From assembly GCA_032718475.1 (NCBI GenBank), contig JAUCBJ010008363.1, forward strand, positions 62,001-126,000: DNA of 64,000 bases. The letters are read 5' to 3'. The position numbers and the translations under genes are program-made. The stretch comes from Nemertoderma westbladi. Its lineage: Eukaryota > Animalia > Xenacoelomorpha. Below are positions 40,901-54,900 of the stretch, piece after piece. Within the stretch, counting starts at the first letter, position 1. Every line of letters begins with the position of its first letter. The notes under the pieces are model-generated. The model was not told the origin of the DNA, made no database searches, and saw nothing but the letters and a program-made list of their open reading frames with translations.

Positions 40901-43900
40901 ACGCAATCAAATTTCATCCATCCCAGGGGAAAGACGATGCAAAGAACAGCTGATTACTTCTATAAATGTAAGTGTTACCTGTTCTTTTGACTTTCATTTA
41001 AGATTCGCTATCTCATGGAGTGGGTTAGAAGTTATAAATATGAAAATCGAGGTGGTTTTTGAAAAAAATCAAAGGATATTTTGATTAATTATTGCTGAAA
41101 AACACCAAGGATTTTGACATGGCTTTAATACTTCATTATGTTCATGAAAAAACTTAGATATTTGAGGTAAATTATTGCATTACATAATAACTTTAACTCC
41201 AGCCACATTAGCAATACGATGAAACTATAATAAATATTCTAGAACACAACAATATTAACAGGGAGATAGGCTACTTATCTCTTCACTCTGGGAGCCTCAA
41301 AAACGGAGTGTTCCGATGCAATCAAATTTCATCCATCTCCAGGGGAAAGACGATGCAAAGAACAGCTGATTACTTCTATAAATGTAAGTGTTACCTGTTC
41401 TTTTGACTTTCATTTAAGATTCGCTATCTCATGGAGTGGGTTAGAAGTTATAAATATGAAAATCGATGTGGTTTTTGAAAAAAATCAAAGGATATTTTGA
41501 TTAATTATTGCTGAAAAACACCAAGGATTTTGACATGGCTTTAATACTTCATTATGTTCATGAAAAAACTGAGATATTTGAGGTGAATAATTGCATTACA
41601 TAATAACTTTAACTCCAGCTACATTAGCAATACGAGGAAACTATAATAAATATTCTAGAACACAACAATATTAACAGGGATATAGGCTACTTATCTCTTC
41701 ACTCTGAGAGCCTCAAAAAAGGGGTGTTCCGACGCAATCAAAATTCATCCATCTCCAGGGGAAAGACGATGCAAAGAACAGCTGATTACTTCTATAAATA
41801 TAAGTGTTACCTGTTCTTTTGATTTTCATTTAAGATTCGCTATCTCATGGAGTGGGTTAGAAGTTATAAATATGAAAATCGATGTGGTTTTTGAAAAAAA
41901 TCAAAGGATATTTTGATTAATTATTGCTAAAAAACACCAAGGATTTTGACATGGCTTTAATACTTCATTATGTTCATGAAAAAACTGAGATATTTGAGGT
42001 GAATTATTGCATTACATAATAACTTTAACTCCAGCCACATTAGCAATACGATGAAACTATAATAAATATTCTAGAACACAACAATATTAACAGGGAGATA
42101 GGCTACTTATCTCTTCACTCTGAGAGCCTCAAAAACGGGGTGTTCCGACGCAATCAAATTTCATCCATCTCCAGGGGAAAGACGATGCAAAGAACAGCTG
42201 ATTACTTCTATAAATGTAAGTGTTACCTGTTCTTTTGACTTTCATTTAAGATTCGCTATCTCATGGAGTGGGTTAGAAGTTATAAATATGAAAATCGATG
42301 TGGTTTTTGAAAAAATCAAAGGATATTTTGATTAATTATTGCTGAAAAACACCAAGGATTTTGACATGGCTTTAATACTTCATTATGTTCATGAAAAAAT
42401 ATTTGAGGTGAATTATTGCATTACATAATAACTTTAACTCCAGCCACATTAGCAATACGATGAAACTATAATAAATATTCTATAACACAACAATATTAAC
42501 AGGGATATAGGCTACTTATCTCTTCACTCTGAGAGCCTCAAAAAAGGGGTGTTCCGACGCAATCAAAATTCATCCATCTCCAGGGGAAAGACGATGCAAA
42601 GAACAGCTGATTACTTCTATAAATGTAAGTGTTACCTGTTCTTTTGATTTTCATTTAAGATTCGCTATCTCATGGAGTGGGTTAGAAGTTATAAATATGA
42701 AAATAAATGTGGTTTTTGAAAAAAATCAAAGGATATTTTGATTAATTATTGCTGAAAAACACCAAGGATTTTGACATGGCTTTAATACTTCATTATGTTC
42801 ATGAAAAAACTGAGATATTTGAGGTGAATTATTGCATTACATAATAACTTTAACTCCAGCCACATTAGCAATACGATGAAACTATAATAAATATTCTAGA
42901 ACACAACAATATTAACAGGGAGATAGGCTACTTATCTCTTCACTCTGAGAGCCTCAAAAACGGAGTGTTCCGACGCAATCAAATTTCTTCCATCTCCAGG
43001 GGAAAGACGATGCAAAGAACAGCTGATTACTTCTATAAATGTAAGTGTTACCTGTTCTTTTGACTTTCATTTAAGATTCGCTATCTCATAGAGTTGGTTA
43101 GAAGTTATAAATATGAAAATCGATGTGGTTTTTGAAAAAAATCAAAGGATATTTTGATTAATTATTGCTGAAAAACACCAAGGATTTTGACATGGCTTTA
43201 ATACTTCATTATGTTCATGAAAAAACTGAGATATTTGAGGTGAATTATTGCATTACATAATAACTTTAACTCCAGCCACATTAGCAATACGATGAAACTA
43301 TAATAAATATTCTAGAACACAACAATATTAACAGGGAGATAGGCTACTTATCTCTTCACTCTGAGAGCCTCAAAAAAGGGGTGTTCCGACGCAATCAAAA
43401 TTCATCCATCTCCAGGGGAAAGACGATGCAAAGAACAGCTGATTACTTCTATAAATGTAAGTGTTACCTGTTCTTTTGATTTTCATTTAAGATTCGCTAT
43501 CTCATGGAGTGGGTTAGAAGTTATAAATATGAAAATCGATGTGGTTTTTGAAAAAAATCAAAGGATATTTTGATTAATTATTGCTGAAAAACACCAAGGA
43601 TTTTGACATGGCTTTAATACTCATTATATTCATGAAATAGCTGAGAAATTTGAGGTGAATTATTGTAACACATATTAACTTTGGCTCCAGCCGCTTTGGC
43701 AAATTAATAAATTATTGCTGAAAAACCCCAAGGATTTTGACATGGCTTTAAAACTTCATTACGTTTATGAAAAAACTGAGATATTTGAGGTGAATTATTG
43801 CATTACATAATAACTTTAACTCCAGCCACATTAGCAATATGATGAAACTATAATAAATATTCTAGAACACAACAATATTAACAGGGAGAAGGCTACTTAT

Positions 43901-46082
43901 CTCTCCATTCAGACAGCCACAGATAGGGAGGGGTGTTTTGACACAATCAAAATTCAACCATCTCCAGGGGAAAGATGAATCAAATAACAGCTGATTACTT
44001 CTATAAATGTAAGTGTTACCTGTTTTTTGACTTTCGTTTAAGATTCTGCATCTTGTGGACTGGGATAGAAGTCATGAATATGAAAATCGATGTCGTTTTT
44101 TGTAAAAAAAAAGAGGAGATTTTGATAAATTATTGCAGAAAAACACCAAGGATTTTGACATGACTTTAATACTAAGTTATTGATTGTATTACATATTAAT
44201 TTCGGCTGCAGCAGCTTTGGCAATACGATGAAATTATAATAAATATTCTAGAACACAACAATCTTTACAGGGAGATAGGCTACTTATCTCTTCACTCTGA
44301 GAGCCTCAAAAACGGGGTATTCCGACGCAATCAAATTTCATCCATCCCCAGGGGAAAGACGATGCAAAGAACAGCTGATTACTTCTATAAATGTAAGTGT
44401 TACCTGTTCTTTTGACTTTCATTTAAGATTCGCTATCTCATGGAGTGGGTTAGAAGTTATAAATATGAAAATCGAGGTGGTTTTTGAAAAAAATCAAAGG
44501 ATATTTTGATTAATTATTGCTGAAAAACACCAAGGATTTTGACATGGCTTTAATACTTCATTATGTTCATGAAAAAACTTAGATATTTGAGGTTAATTAT
44601 TGCATTACATAATAACTTTAACTCCAGCCACATTAGCAATACGATGAAACTATAATAAATAATCTAGAACACAACAATATTAACAGGGAGATAGGCTACT
44701 TATCTCTTCACTCTGAGAGCCTCAAAAACGGAGTGTTCCGACGCAATCAAATTTCATCCATCTCCAGGGGAAAGACGATGCAAAGAACAGCTGATTACTT
44801 CTATAAATGTAAGTGTTACCTGTTCTTTTGACTTTCATTTAAGATTCGCTATCTCATGGAGTGGGTTAGAAGTTATAAATATGAAAATCGATGTGGTTTT
44901 TGAAAAAAATCAAAGGATATTTTGATTAATTATTGCTGAAAAACACCAAGGATTTTGACATGGCTTTAATACTTCATTATGTTCATGAAAAAATATTTGA
45001 GGTGAATTATTGCATTACATAATAACTTTAACTCCAGCCACATTAGCAATACGATGAAACTATAATACATATTCTATAACACAACAATATTAACAGGGAT
45101 ATAGGCTACTTATCTCTTCACTCTGAGAGCCTCAAAAAAGGGGTGTTCCGACGCAATCAAAATTCATCCATCTCCAGGGGAAAGACGATGCAAAGAACAG
45201 CTGATTACTTCTATAAATGTAAGTGTTACCTGTTTTTTTGATTTTCATTTAAGATTCGCTATCTCATGGAGTGGGTTAGAAGTTATAAATATGAAAATCA
45301 ATGTGGTTTTTGAAAAAAATCAAAGGATATTTTGATTAATTATTGCTGAAAAACACCAAGGATTTTGACATGGCTTTAATACTTCATTATGTTCATGAAA
45401 AAACTGAGATATTTGAGGTGAATTATTGCATTACATAATAACTTTAACTCCAGCCACATTAGCAATACGATGAAACTATAATAAATATTCTAGAACACAA
45501 CAATATTAACAGGGAGATAGGCTACTTATCTCTTCACTCTGAGAGCCTCAAAAACGGAGTGTTCCGACGCAATCAAATTTCTTCCATCTCCAGGGGAAAG
45601 ACGATGCAAAGAACAGCTGATTACTTCTATAAATGTAAGTGTTACCTGTTCTTTTGACTTTCATTTAAGATTCGCTATCTCATAGAGTTGGTTAGAAGTT
45701 ATAAATATGAAAATCGATGTGGTTTTTGAAAAAAATCAAAGGATATTTTGATTAATTATTGCTGAAAAACACCAAGGATTTTGACATGGCTTTAATACTT
45801 CATTATGTTCATGAAAAAACTGAGATATTTGAGGTGAATTATTGCATTACATAATAACTTTAACTCCAGCCACATTAGCAATACGTTGAAACTATAATAA
45901 ATATTTTAGAACACAACAATATTAACAAGGATATAGATTACTTATCTCTTCACTCTGAGAGCCTCCAAAAAGGGGTGTTCCAACGCATTCAAAATTCATC
46001 CATCTCCAGGGGAAAGACGAAGCAAAAAACAGCTGATTACTTCGATAAATGTAAGTGTTACCTGTACTTTTGACTTTCATTT
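37986..46082 (+). repeat. Middle domain: almost pure A-type monomers interrupted by two copies of a rearranged diverged cassette
   Basis: Successive monomer heads read AAGATTCGCTATCTCAT. The exceptions are the cassettes at ~40.2-40.9 kb and ~43.6-44.35 kb. Confidence 0.85.
38600..45900 (+). repeat. Overlapping ~3.0-3.4-kb and ~2.6-kb duplications in the A-rich domain
   Basis: Cassette offset 40551->43975 = 3424. The 6-bp deletion AAAAAATATTTG (~42400/44990), AAATTTCTTC and CATAGAGTTGG recur ~2594 apart. GCTAAAAAA recurs ~3014 apart. Confidence 0.78.
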
Positions 46083-47799
46083 AAGATTCTTTATCTTGTG
46101 GAGTGGGTTAGAAGTCATGAATATGAAAATCGATGTCGTTTTTTGTAAAAAATCAGATGAGATTTTAATAAATTATTGCTGAAAAACACCAAGGATTTTG
46201 ACATGGCTTTAATACTTCATTATGTTCATGAAAAAACTGAGATATTTGAGGTGAATTTTTGCATTACATAATAACTTTAACTCCAGCCACATTAGCAATA
46301 TGATGAAACTATAATAAATATTTTTGAACACAATAATATTAACAGGGAGATAGGCTACTTATCTCTCCATTCCAGACAGCCACAGATAGGGAGGGGTGTT
46401 TTGACACAATCAAAATTCAACCATCTCCAGGGGAAAGACGAAGCAAATAACAGCTGATTACTTCTATAAATGTAAGTGTTACATGTTTTTTGACTTTCGT
46501 TTAAGATTCTGTATCTTGTGGACTGGGATAGAAGTCATGAATATGAAAATCGATGTCGTTTTTTGTAAAAAATCAGAGGAGATTTTGATAAATTATTGCA
46601 GAAAAACACCAAGGATTTTGACATGACTTTAATACTGAGTTATTGTATTACATATTAACTTCGGCTCCAGCCGCTTTGGCAATACGATGAAACTATAATA
46701 AATATTCTAGAACACAACAATATTAACAGGGAGATAGGCTACTTATTTCTTCACTCTGAGAGCCTCAAAAAGGGGGTGTTCCGACGCAATCAAAATTCAT
46801 CCATCTCCAGGGGAAAGACGAAGCAAAGAACAGCTGATTACTTCTATAAATGTAAGTGTTACCTGCTCTTTTGACTTTCATTTAAGATTCTCTATCTCTT
46901 GGAGTGGGTTAGAAGTCATGAATATGAAAATCGATGTCGTTTTTTTGTAAAAAATCAGGAGATTTTGATAAATTATTGCAGAAAAACACCAAGGATTTTG
47001 ACATGACTTTAATACTTCATTATGTTGATGAAATAGCTGAGTAATTTGAGGTGAGTTATTGTATTACATATTAACTTCGGCTCCAGCCGCTTTGGCAATA
47101 CGATGAAACTATAATAAATATTCTAGAACACAACAATCTTTACAGGGAAGTAGGCTACTTATCTCTTCACTCTGAGAGCTTCAAAAAAGGGGTGTTCCAA
47201 CGCAATCAAATTTCAACCATCTCCAGGGGAAAGACGAAGCAAAGAACAGCTGATTACTTCGATAAATGTAAGTGTTACATGTTCTTTTGACTTTCATTTA
47301 AGATTCTTTATCTTGTGGAGTGGGTTAGAAGTCATGAATATAAAAATCGATGTCGTTTTTTGTAAAAAATCAGAGGAGATTTTAATAAATTATTGCTGAA
47401 AAACACCAAGGATTTTGACAAGGATTTAATACTCATTATATTCATGAAATAGCTGAGAAATTTGAGGTGAATTATTGCATTACATATTAATTTCTGCTCC
47501 AGTCGCTTTGGCAATACGATGAAACTATAATAAATATTCTAGAACACAACAATATTAACAGGGAGATAGGCTACTTATCTCTCCACTCAGACAGCCACAG
47601 ATAGGGAGGGGTGTTTTGACACAATCAAAATTTAACCATCTCCAGGGGAAAGACGAAGCAAATTACAGCTGATTACTTCTATAAATGTAAGTGTTACCTG
47701 TTTTTTGACTTTCGTTTAAGATTCGTTATCTTGTAGACTGGGAGGGATAGAAGTCATGAATATGAAAATCGATGTGGTTTTTTAAAAAAATCAAAGGGT

Positions 47800-50700
47800 A
47801 TTATGATTAATTATTGCTGAAAAACACCAAGGATTTTGACATGGCTTTAATACTTCATTATGTTCATGAAATAGCTGAGATACTTGAGGTGAATTGTTGC
47901 ATTATATATTAACTTCAGCTCCAGTCTCTTTGGCAATACGATGAAACTATAATAAATATTCTAGAACACAACAATATTAACAGGGAGATAGGCTACTTAT
48001 CTCTTCACTGTGTTACCAGTGTTACCTGTTCTTTTGACTTTCATTTAAGATTCTCTATCTCATGGAGTGGGTTAGAAGTTATAAATTATGAAAATCGATG
48101 TGGTTTTTGAAAAAATTCAGAGGATATTTTGATAAATTATTGCTGAAAAACCCCAAGGATTTTGACAAGGATTTTATACTCATTATATTCATGAACTAGC
48201 TGAGATATTTGAGGTCAATTATTGTATTACATAATAACTTTAACTCCAGCCACATTAGCAATACGATGAAACTATAATAAATATTCTACAACGGAACAAT
48301 ATTAACAGAGAAATAGGCTGCTTATCTCTCCTCTCTGAGAGCCTCAGAAAGGGGGTGATCCGACGCAATCAAAATTCATCCATCACCAGGGGAAAGGCGA
48401 AGCAAAGAATAGCTGATTACTTCTATAAATGTAAGTGTTACCTGTTCTTTTGACTTTCGTTTAAGATTGTCTATCTCTTGGAGTGGGTTAGAAGACATGA
48501 ATATGAAAATCAATGTCGTTTTTTGTAAAAAATCAGAGGAGATTTTAATAAATTATTGCTGAAAAACACCAAGGATTTTGACAAGGATTTAATACTCAAT
48601 ATATTAATGAAATAGCTGAGTAATTTGAGGTTAATTATTGCATTACATATTAATTTCGGCTCCAGTCGCTTTGGCAATACGATGAAACTATAATAAATAT
48701 TCTAGAACACAACAATATTAACAGAGAGATAGGCTACTTTTCTCTCCACTCTGAGAGCCTCAAAAAGGGGGTGTTCCGACGCAATCAAATTTCATCCATC
48801 TCCTGGGGAAAGACGAAGCCAATAAGAGCTGATTACTTCTATAAATGAAAGTGTTACCTGTTCTTATAACTTTCGTTTAAGATTCTCTATCTCGTGGAGT
48901 GGGTTAGAAGTTATAAATATGAAAATATGATGTGGTTTTTGAAAAATATTAGAGGATATTTTGATAAATTATTGCTGAAAAATCCCAAGGATTTTGACAT
49001 GGCTTTAATACTCATTATATTCATGAAATAGCTGAGAAATTTGAGGTGAATTATTGTATTACATATTAACTTCGGCTCCAACCGCTTTGGCAATACGATG
49101 AAACTATAAAAAATATTCTAGAACACAACAATATTAACAGGGAGATAGGCTACTTATCTCTCCACTCAGACAGCCACAGATAGGGAGGGGTGTTTTGACA
49201 CAATCAAAATTTAACCATCTCCAGGGGAAAGACGAAGCAAATAACAGCTGATTACTTCTATAAATGTAAGTGTTACCTGTTTTTTGACTTTCGTTTAAGA
49301 TTATTTATCTTGTGGACTAGGATAGAAGTCATGAATATGAAAATCGATGTGGTTTTTGAAAAAAATTAAAGGATATTATGATTAATTATTGCTGAAAAAC
49401 ACCAAGGATTTTGACATGGCTTTAATACTTCATTATGTTCATGAAATAGATGAGATATTTGAGGTGAATTGTTGCATTATATTAACTTCAGCTCCAGTCT
49501 CTTTGGCAATACGATGAAACTGTAATAAATATTCTAGAACACAACAATATTAACAGGGATATAGGCTACTTATCTCTCCACTCTGAGAGCCTCAGAACGG
49601 GGGGGTTTTTCGACGCAATCAAAATTCATCCATCTCCTGGGGAAAGACGAAGCAAATTACAGCTGATTACTTCTATAAATATAATTGTTACCTGTTCTTT
49701 TGACTTTCGTTTAAGATTGTCTATCTCTTGGAGTGGGATAGAAGTTATAAATATGAAAATCAATGTCGTTTTTTGTAAAAAATCAGAGGAGATTTTAATA
49801 AATTATTGCTGAAAAAACCAAGGATTTTGACATGGCTTTAATACTCATTATATTCATGAAATAGCTGAGAAATTTGAGGTGAATTATTGTATTACATATT
49901 AACTTCGGCTCCAGCCGCTTTGGCAATACGATGAAACTATAAAAAATATTCTAGAACACAACAATATTAACAGGGAGATAGGCTACTTATCTCTCCACTC
50001 AGACAGCCACAGATAGGGAGGGGTGTTTTGACACAATCAAAATTTAACCATCTCCAGAGGAAAGACGAAGCAAATAACAGCTGATTACTTCTATAAATGT
50101 AAGTGTTACCTGTTTTTTGACTTTCGTTTAAGATTCTTTATCTTGTGGACTGGGATAGAAGTCATGAATATGAAAATCGATATGGTTTTTGAAAAAAATC
50201 AAAGGATATTATGATTAATTATTGCTGAAAAACACCAAGGATTTTGACAAGGCTTTAATACTTCATTATGTTCATGAAATATCTGAGATACTTGAGGTGA
50301 ATTGTTGCATTATATATTAACTTCAGCTCCAGTCTCTTTGGCAATACGATGAAACTATAATAAATATTCTAGAACACAACAATATTAACAGGGAGATAGG
50401 CTACTTATCTCTTCACTGTGTTACCAGTGTTACCTGTTCTTTTGACTTTCATTTAAGATTCTCTATCTCATGGAGTGGGTTAGAAGTTATAAATATGAAA
50501 ATCGATGTGGTTTTTGAAAAAATTCAGAGGATATTTTGATAAATTATTGCTGAAAAACCCCAAGGATTTTGACAAGGATTTTATACTCATTATATTCATG
50601 AACTAGCTGAGATATTTGAGGTCAATTATTGTATTACATAATAACTTTAACTCCAGCCACATTAGCAATACGATGAAACTATAATAAATATTCTACAACG

Positions 50701-52200
50701 GAACAATATTAACAAAGAAATAGGCTGCTTATCTCTCCTCTCTGAGAGCCTCAGAAAGGGGGTGATCCGACGCAATCAAAATTCATCCATCACCAGGGGA
50801 AAGGCGAAGCAAAGAATAGCTGATTACTTCTATAAATGTAAGTGTTACCTGTTCTTTTGACTTTCGTTTAAGATTGTCTATCTCTTGGAGTGGGTTAGAA
50901 GACATGAATATGAAAATCAATGTCGTTTTTTGTAAAAAAAATCAGAGGAGATTTTAATAAATTATTGCTGAAAAACACCAAGGATTTTGACAAGGATTTA
51001 ATACTCAATATATTCATGAAATAGCTGAGTAATTTGAGGTTAATTATTGCATTACATATTAATTTCGGCTCCAGTCGCTTTGGCAATACGATGAAACTAT
51101 AATAAATATTCTAGAACACAACAATATTAACAGAGAGATAGGCTACTTTTCTCTCCACTCTGAGAGCCTCAAAAAGGGGGTGTTCCGACGCAATCAAATT
51201 TTATCCATCTCCTGGGGAAAGACGAAGCCAATAAGAGCTGATTACTTCTATAAATGAAGTGTTACCTGTTCTTATAACTTTCGTTTAAGATTCTCTATCT
51301 CGTGGAGTGGGTTAGAAGTTATAAATATGAAAATCGATGTGGTTTTTTAAAAAAATTAGAGGATATTTTGATAAATTATTGCTGAAAAATCCCAAGGATT
51401 TTGACATGGCTTTAATACTCATTATATTCATGAAATAGCTGAGAAATTTGAGGTGAATTATTGTATTACATATTAACTTCGGCTCCAACCGCTTTGGCAA
51501 TACGATGAAACTATAAAAAATATTCTAGAACACAACAATATTAACAGGGAGATAGGCTACTTATCTCTCCACTCAGACAGCCACAGATAGGGAGGGGTGT
51601 TTTGACACAATCAAAATTTAACCATCTCCAGGGGAAAGACGAAGCCAATAACAGCTGATTACTTCTATAAATGTAAGTGTTACCTGTTTTTTGACTTTCG
51701 TTTAAGATTATTTATCTTGTGGACTAGGATAGAAGTCATGAATATGAAAATTGATGTGGTTTTTGAAAAAAATCAAAGGATATTATGATTAATTATTGCT
51801 GAAAAACACCAAGGATTTTGACATGGCTTTAATACTTCATTATGTTCATGAAATAGCTGATATACTTGAGGTGAATTGTTGCATTATATTAACTTCAGCT
51901 CCAGTCTCTTTGGCAATACGATGAAACTGTAATAAATATTCTAGAACACAACAATATTAACAGGGATATAGGCTACTTATCTCTCCACTCTGAGAGCCTC
52001 AGAACGGGGGGGTTTTTCAACGCAATCAAAATTCATCCATATCCTGGGGAAAGACGAAGCAAATTACAGCTGATTACTTCTATAAATATAATTGTTACCT
52101 GTTCTTTTGACTTTCGTTTAAGATTGTCTATCTCTTGGAGTGGGATAGAAGTTATAAATATGAAAATCAATGTCGTTTTTTGTAAAAAATCAGAGGAGAT
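47800..52200 (+). repeat. Imperfect ~2.41-kb 6-mer higher-order repeat, about two copies
   Basis: Deletion junctions 48008->50416 are 2408 apart. GAGGTCAATT, CTACAACGGAAC, GTGATCCGAC and CTTATAACTT recur at the same spacing. Confidence 0.82.
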
Positions 52201-54900
52201 TTTAATAAATTATTGCTGAAAAAACCACGGATTTTGACAAGGATTTAATACTCATTATATTCATGAAATAGCTGAGAAATTTGAGGTGAATTATTGCATT
52301 ACATATTAATTTCTGCTCCAGTCGCTTTGGCAATACGATGAAACTATAATAAATATTCTAGAACACAACAATATTAACAGGGAGATAGGCTACTTTTCTC
52401 TCCACTCTGAGAGCCTCAAAAAGGGGGTGTTCCGACGCAATCAAATTTCATCCATCTCCTGGGAAAAGACGAAGCAAATAACAGCTGATTACTTCTATAA
52501 ATAAAAGTGTTACCTGTTCTTTTGACTTTCGTTTAAGATTCTCTATCTCGTGGAGTGGGTTAGAAGTTATAAATATGAAAATCGATGTGGTTTTTGAAAA
52601 AAATCAGAGGATATTTTGATAAATTATTGCTGAAAAACCCCAAGGATTTTGACATGGCTTTAATACTCATTATATTCATGAAATAGCTGAGAAATTTGAG
52701 GTGAATTATTGTATTACATATTAACTTCGGCTCCAGCCGCTTTGGCAATACGATGAAACTATAAAAAATATTCTAGAACACAACAATATTAACAGGGAGA
52801 TAGGCTACTTATCTCTCCACTCAGACAGCCACAGATAGGGAGGGGTGTTTTGACACAATCAAAATTTAACCATCTCCAGAGGAAAGACGAAGCAAATAAC
52901 AGCTGATTACTTCTATAAATGTAAGTGTTACCTGTTTTTTGACTTTCGTTTAAGATTCTCTATCTCATGGAGTGGGATAGAAGTCATGAATATGAAAATC
53001 GATGTGGTTTTTGAAAAAAATCAAAGGATATTATAATTAATTATTGCTGAAAAACACCAAGGATTTTGACAAGGCTTTAATACTTCATTATGTTCATGAA
53101 ATATCTGAGATACTTGAGGTGAATTGTTGCATTATATATTAACTTCAGCTCCAGTTTCTTTGGCAATACGATGAAACTATAATAAATATTCTAGAACACA
53201 ACAATATTAACAGGGAGATAGGCTACTTATCTCTCCACTCAGACAGCCACAGATAGGGAGGGGTGTTTTGACACAATCAAAATTTAACCATCTCCAGGGG
53301 AAAGACGAAGCCAATAACAGCTGATTACTTCTATAAATGTAAGTGTTACCTGTTTTTTGACTTTCGTTTAAGATTATTTATCTTGTGGACTAGGATAGAA
53401 GTCATGAATATGAAAATTGATGTGGTTTTTGAAAAAAATCAAAGGATATTATGATTAATTATTGCTGAAAAACACCAAGGATTTTGACATGGCTTTAATA
53501 CTTCATTATGTTCATGAAATAGCTGATATACTTGAGGTGAATTGTTGCATTATATTAACTTCAGCTCCAGTCTCTTTGGCAATACGATGAAACTGTAATA
53601 AATATTCTAGAACACAACAATATTAACAGGGATATAGGCTACTTATCTCTCCACTCTGAGAGCCTCAGAACGGGGGGGTTTTTCAACGCAATCAAAATTC
53701 ATCCATATCCTGGGGAAAGACGAAGCAAATTACAGCTGATTACTTCTATAAATATAATTGTTACCTGTTCTTTTGACTTTCGTTTAAGATTGTCTATCTC
53801 TTGGAGTGGGATAGAAGTTATAAATATGAAAATCAATGTCGTTTTTTGTAAAAAATCAGAGGAGATTTTAATAAATTATTGCTGAAAAAACCACGGATTT
53901 TGACAAGGATTTAATACTCATTATATTCATGAAATAGCTGAGAAATTTGAGGTGAATTATTGCATTACATATTAATTTCTGCTCCAGTCGCTTTGGCAAT
54001 ACGATGAAACTATAATAAATATTCTAGAACACAACAATATTAACAGGGAGATAGGCTACTTTTCTCTCCACTCTGAGAGCCTCAAAAAGGGGGTGTTCCG
54101 ACGCAATCAAATTTCATCCATCTCCTGGGAAAAGACGAAGCAAATAACAGCTGATTACTTCTATAAATAAAAGTGTTACCTGTTCTTTTGACTTTCGTTT
54201 AAGATTCTCTATCTCGTGGAGTGGGTTAGAAGTTATAAATATGAAAATCGATGTGGTTTTTGAAAAAAAATCAGAGGATATTTTGATAAATTATTGCTGA
54301 AAAACCCCAAGGATTTTGACATGGCTTTAATACTCATTATATTCATGAAATAGCTGAGAAATTTGAGGTGAATTATTGTATTACATATTAACTTCGGCTC
54401 CAGCCGCTTTGGCAATACGATGAAACTATAAAAAATATTCTAGAACACAACAATATTAACAGGGAGATAGGCTACTTATCTCTCCACTCAGACAGCCACA
54501 GATAGGGAGGGGTGTTTTGACACAATCAAAATTTAACCATCTCCAGAGGAAAGACGAAGCAAATAACAGCTGATTACTTCTATAAATGTAAGTGTTACCT
54601 GTTTTTTGACTTTCGTTTAAGATTCTCTATCTCATGGAGTGGGATAGAAGTCATGAATATGAAAATCGATGTGGTTTTTGAAAAAAATCAAAGGATATTA
54701 TAATTAATTATTGCTGAAAAACACCAAGGATTTTGACAAGGCTTTAATACTTCATTATGTTCATGAAATATCTGAGATACTTGAGGTGAATTGTTGCATT
54801 ATATATTAACTTCAGCTCCAGTTTCTTTGGCAATACGATGAAACTATAATAAATATTCTAGAACACAACAATATTAACAGGGAGATAGGCTACTTATCTC
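51550..54900 (+). repeat. Near-identical tandem duplication of a 4-mer (~1667 bp)
   Basis: GCTGATATAC, CCATATCCTGG, AAACCACGG, CCTGGGAAAAG, ATTATAATT and CCAGTTTCTT each occur twice, about 1667 bp apart. Confidence 0.85.
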
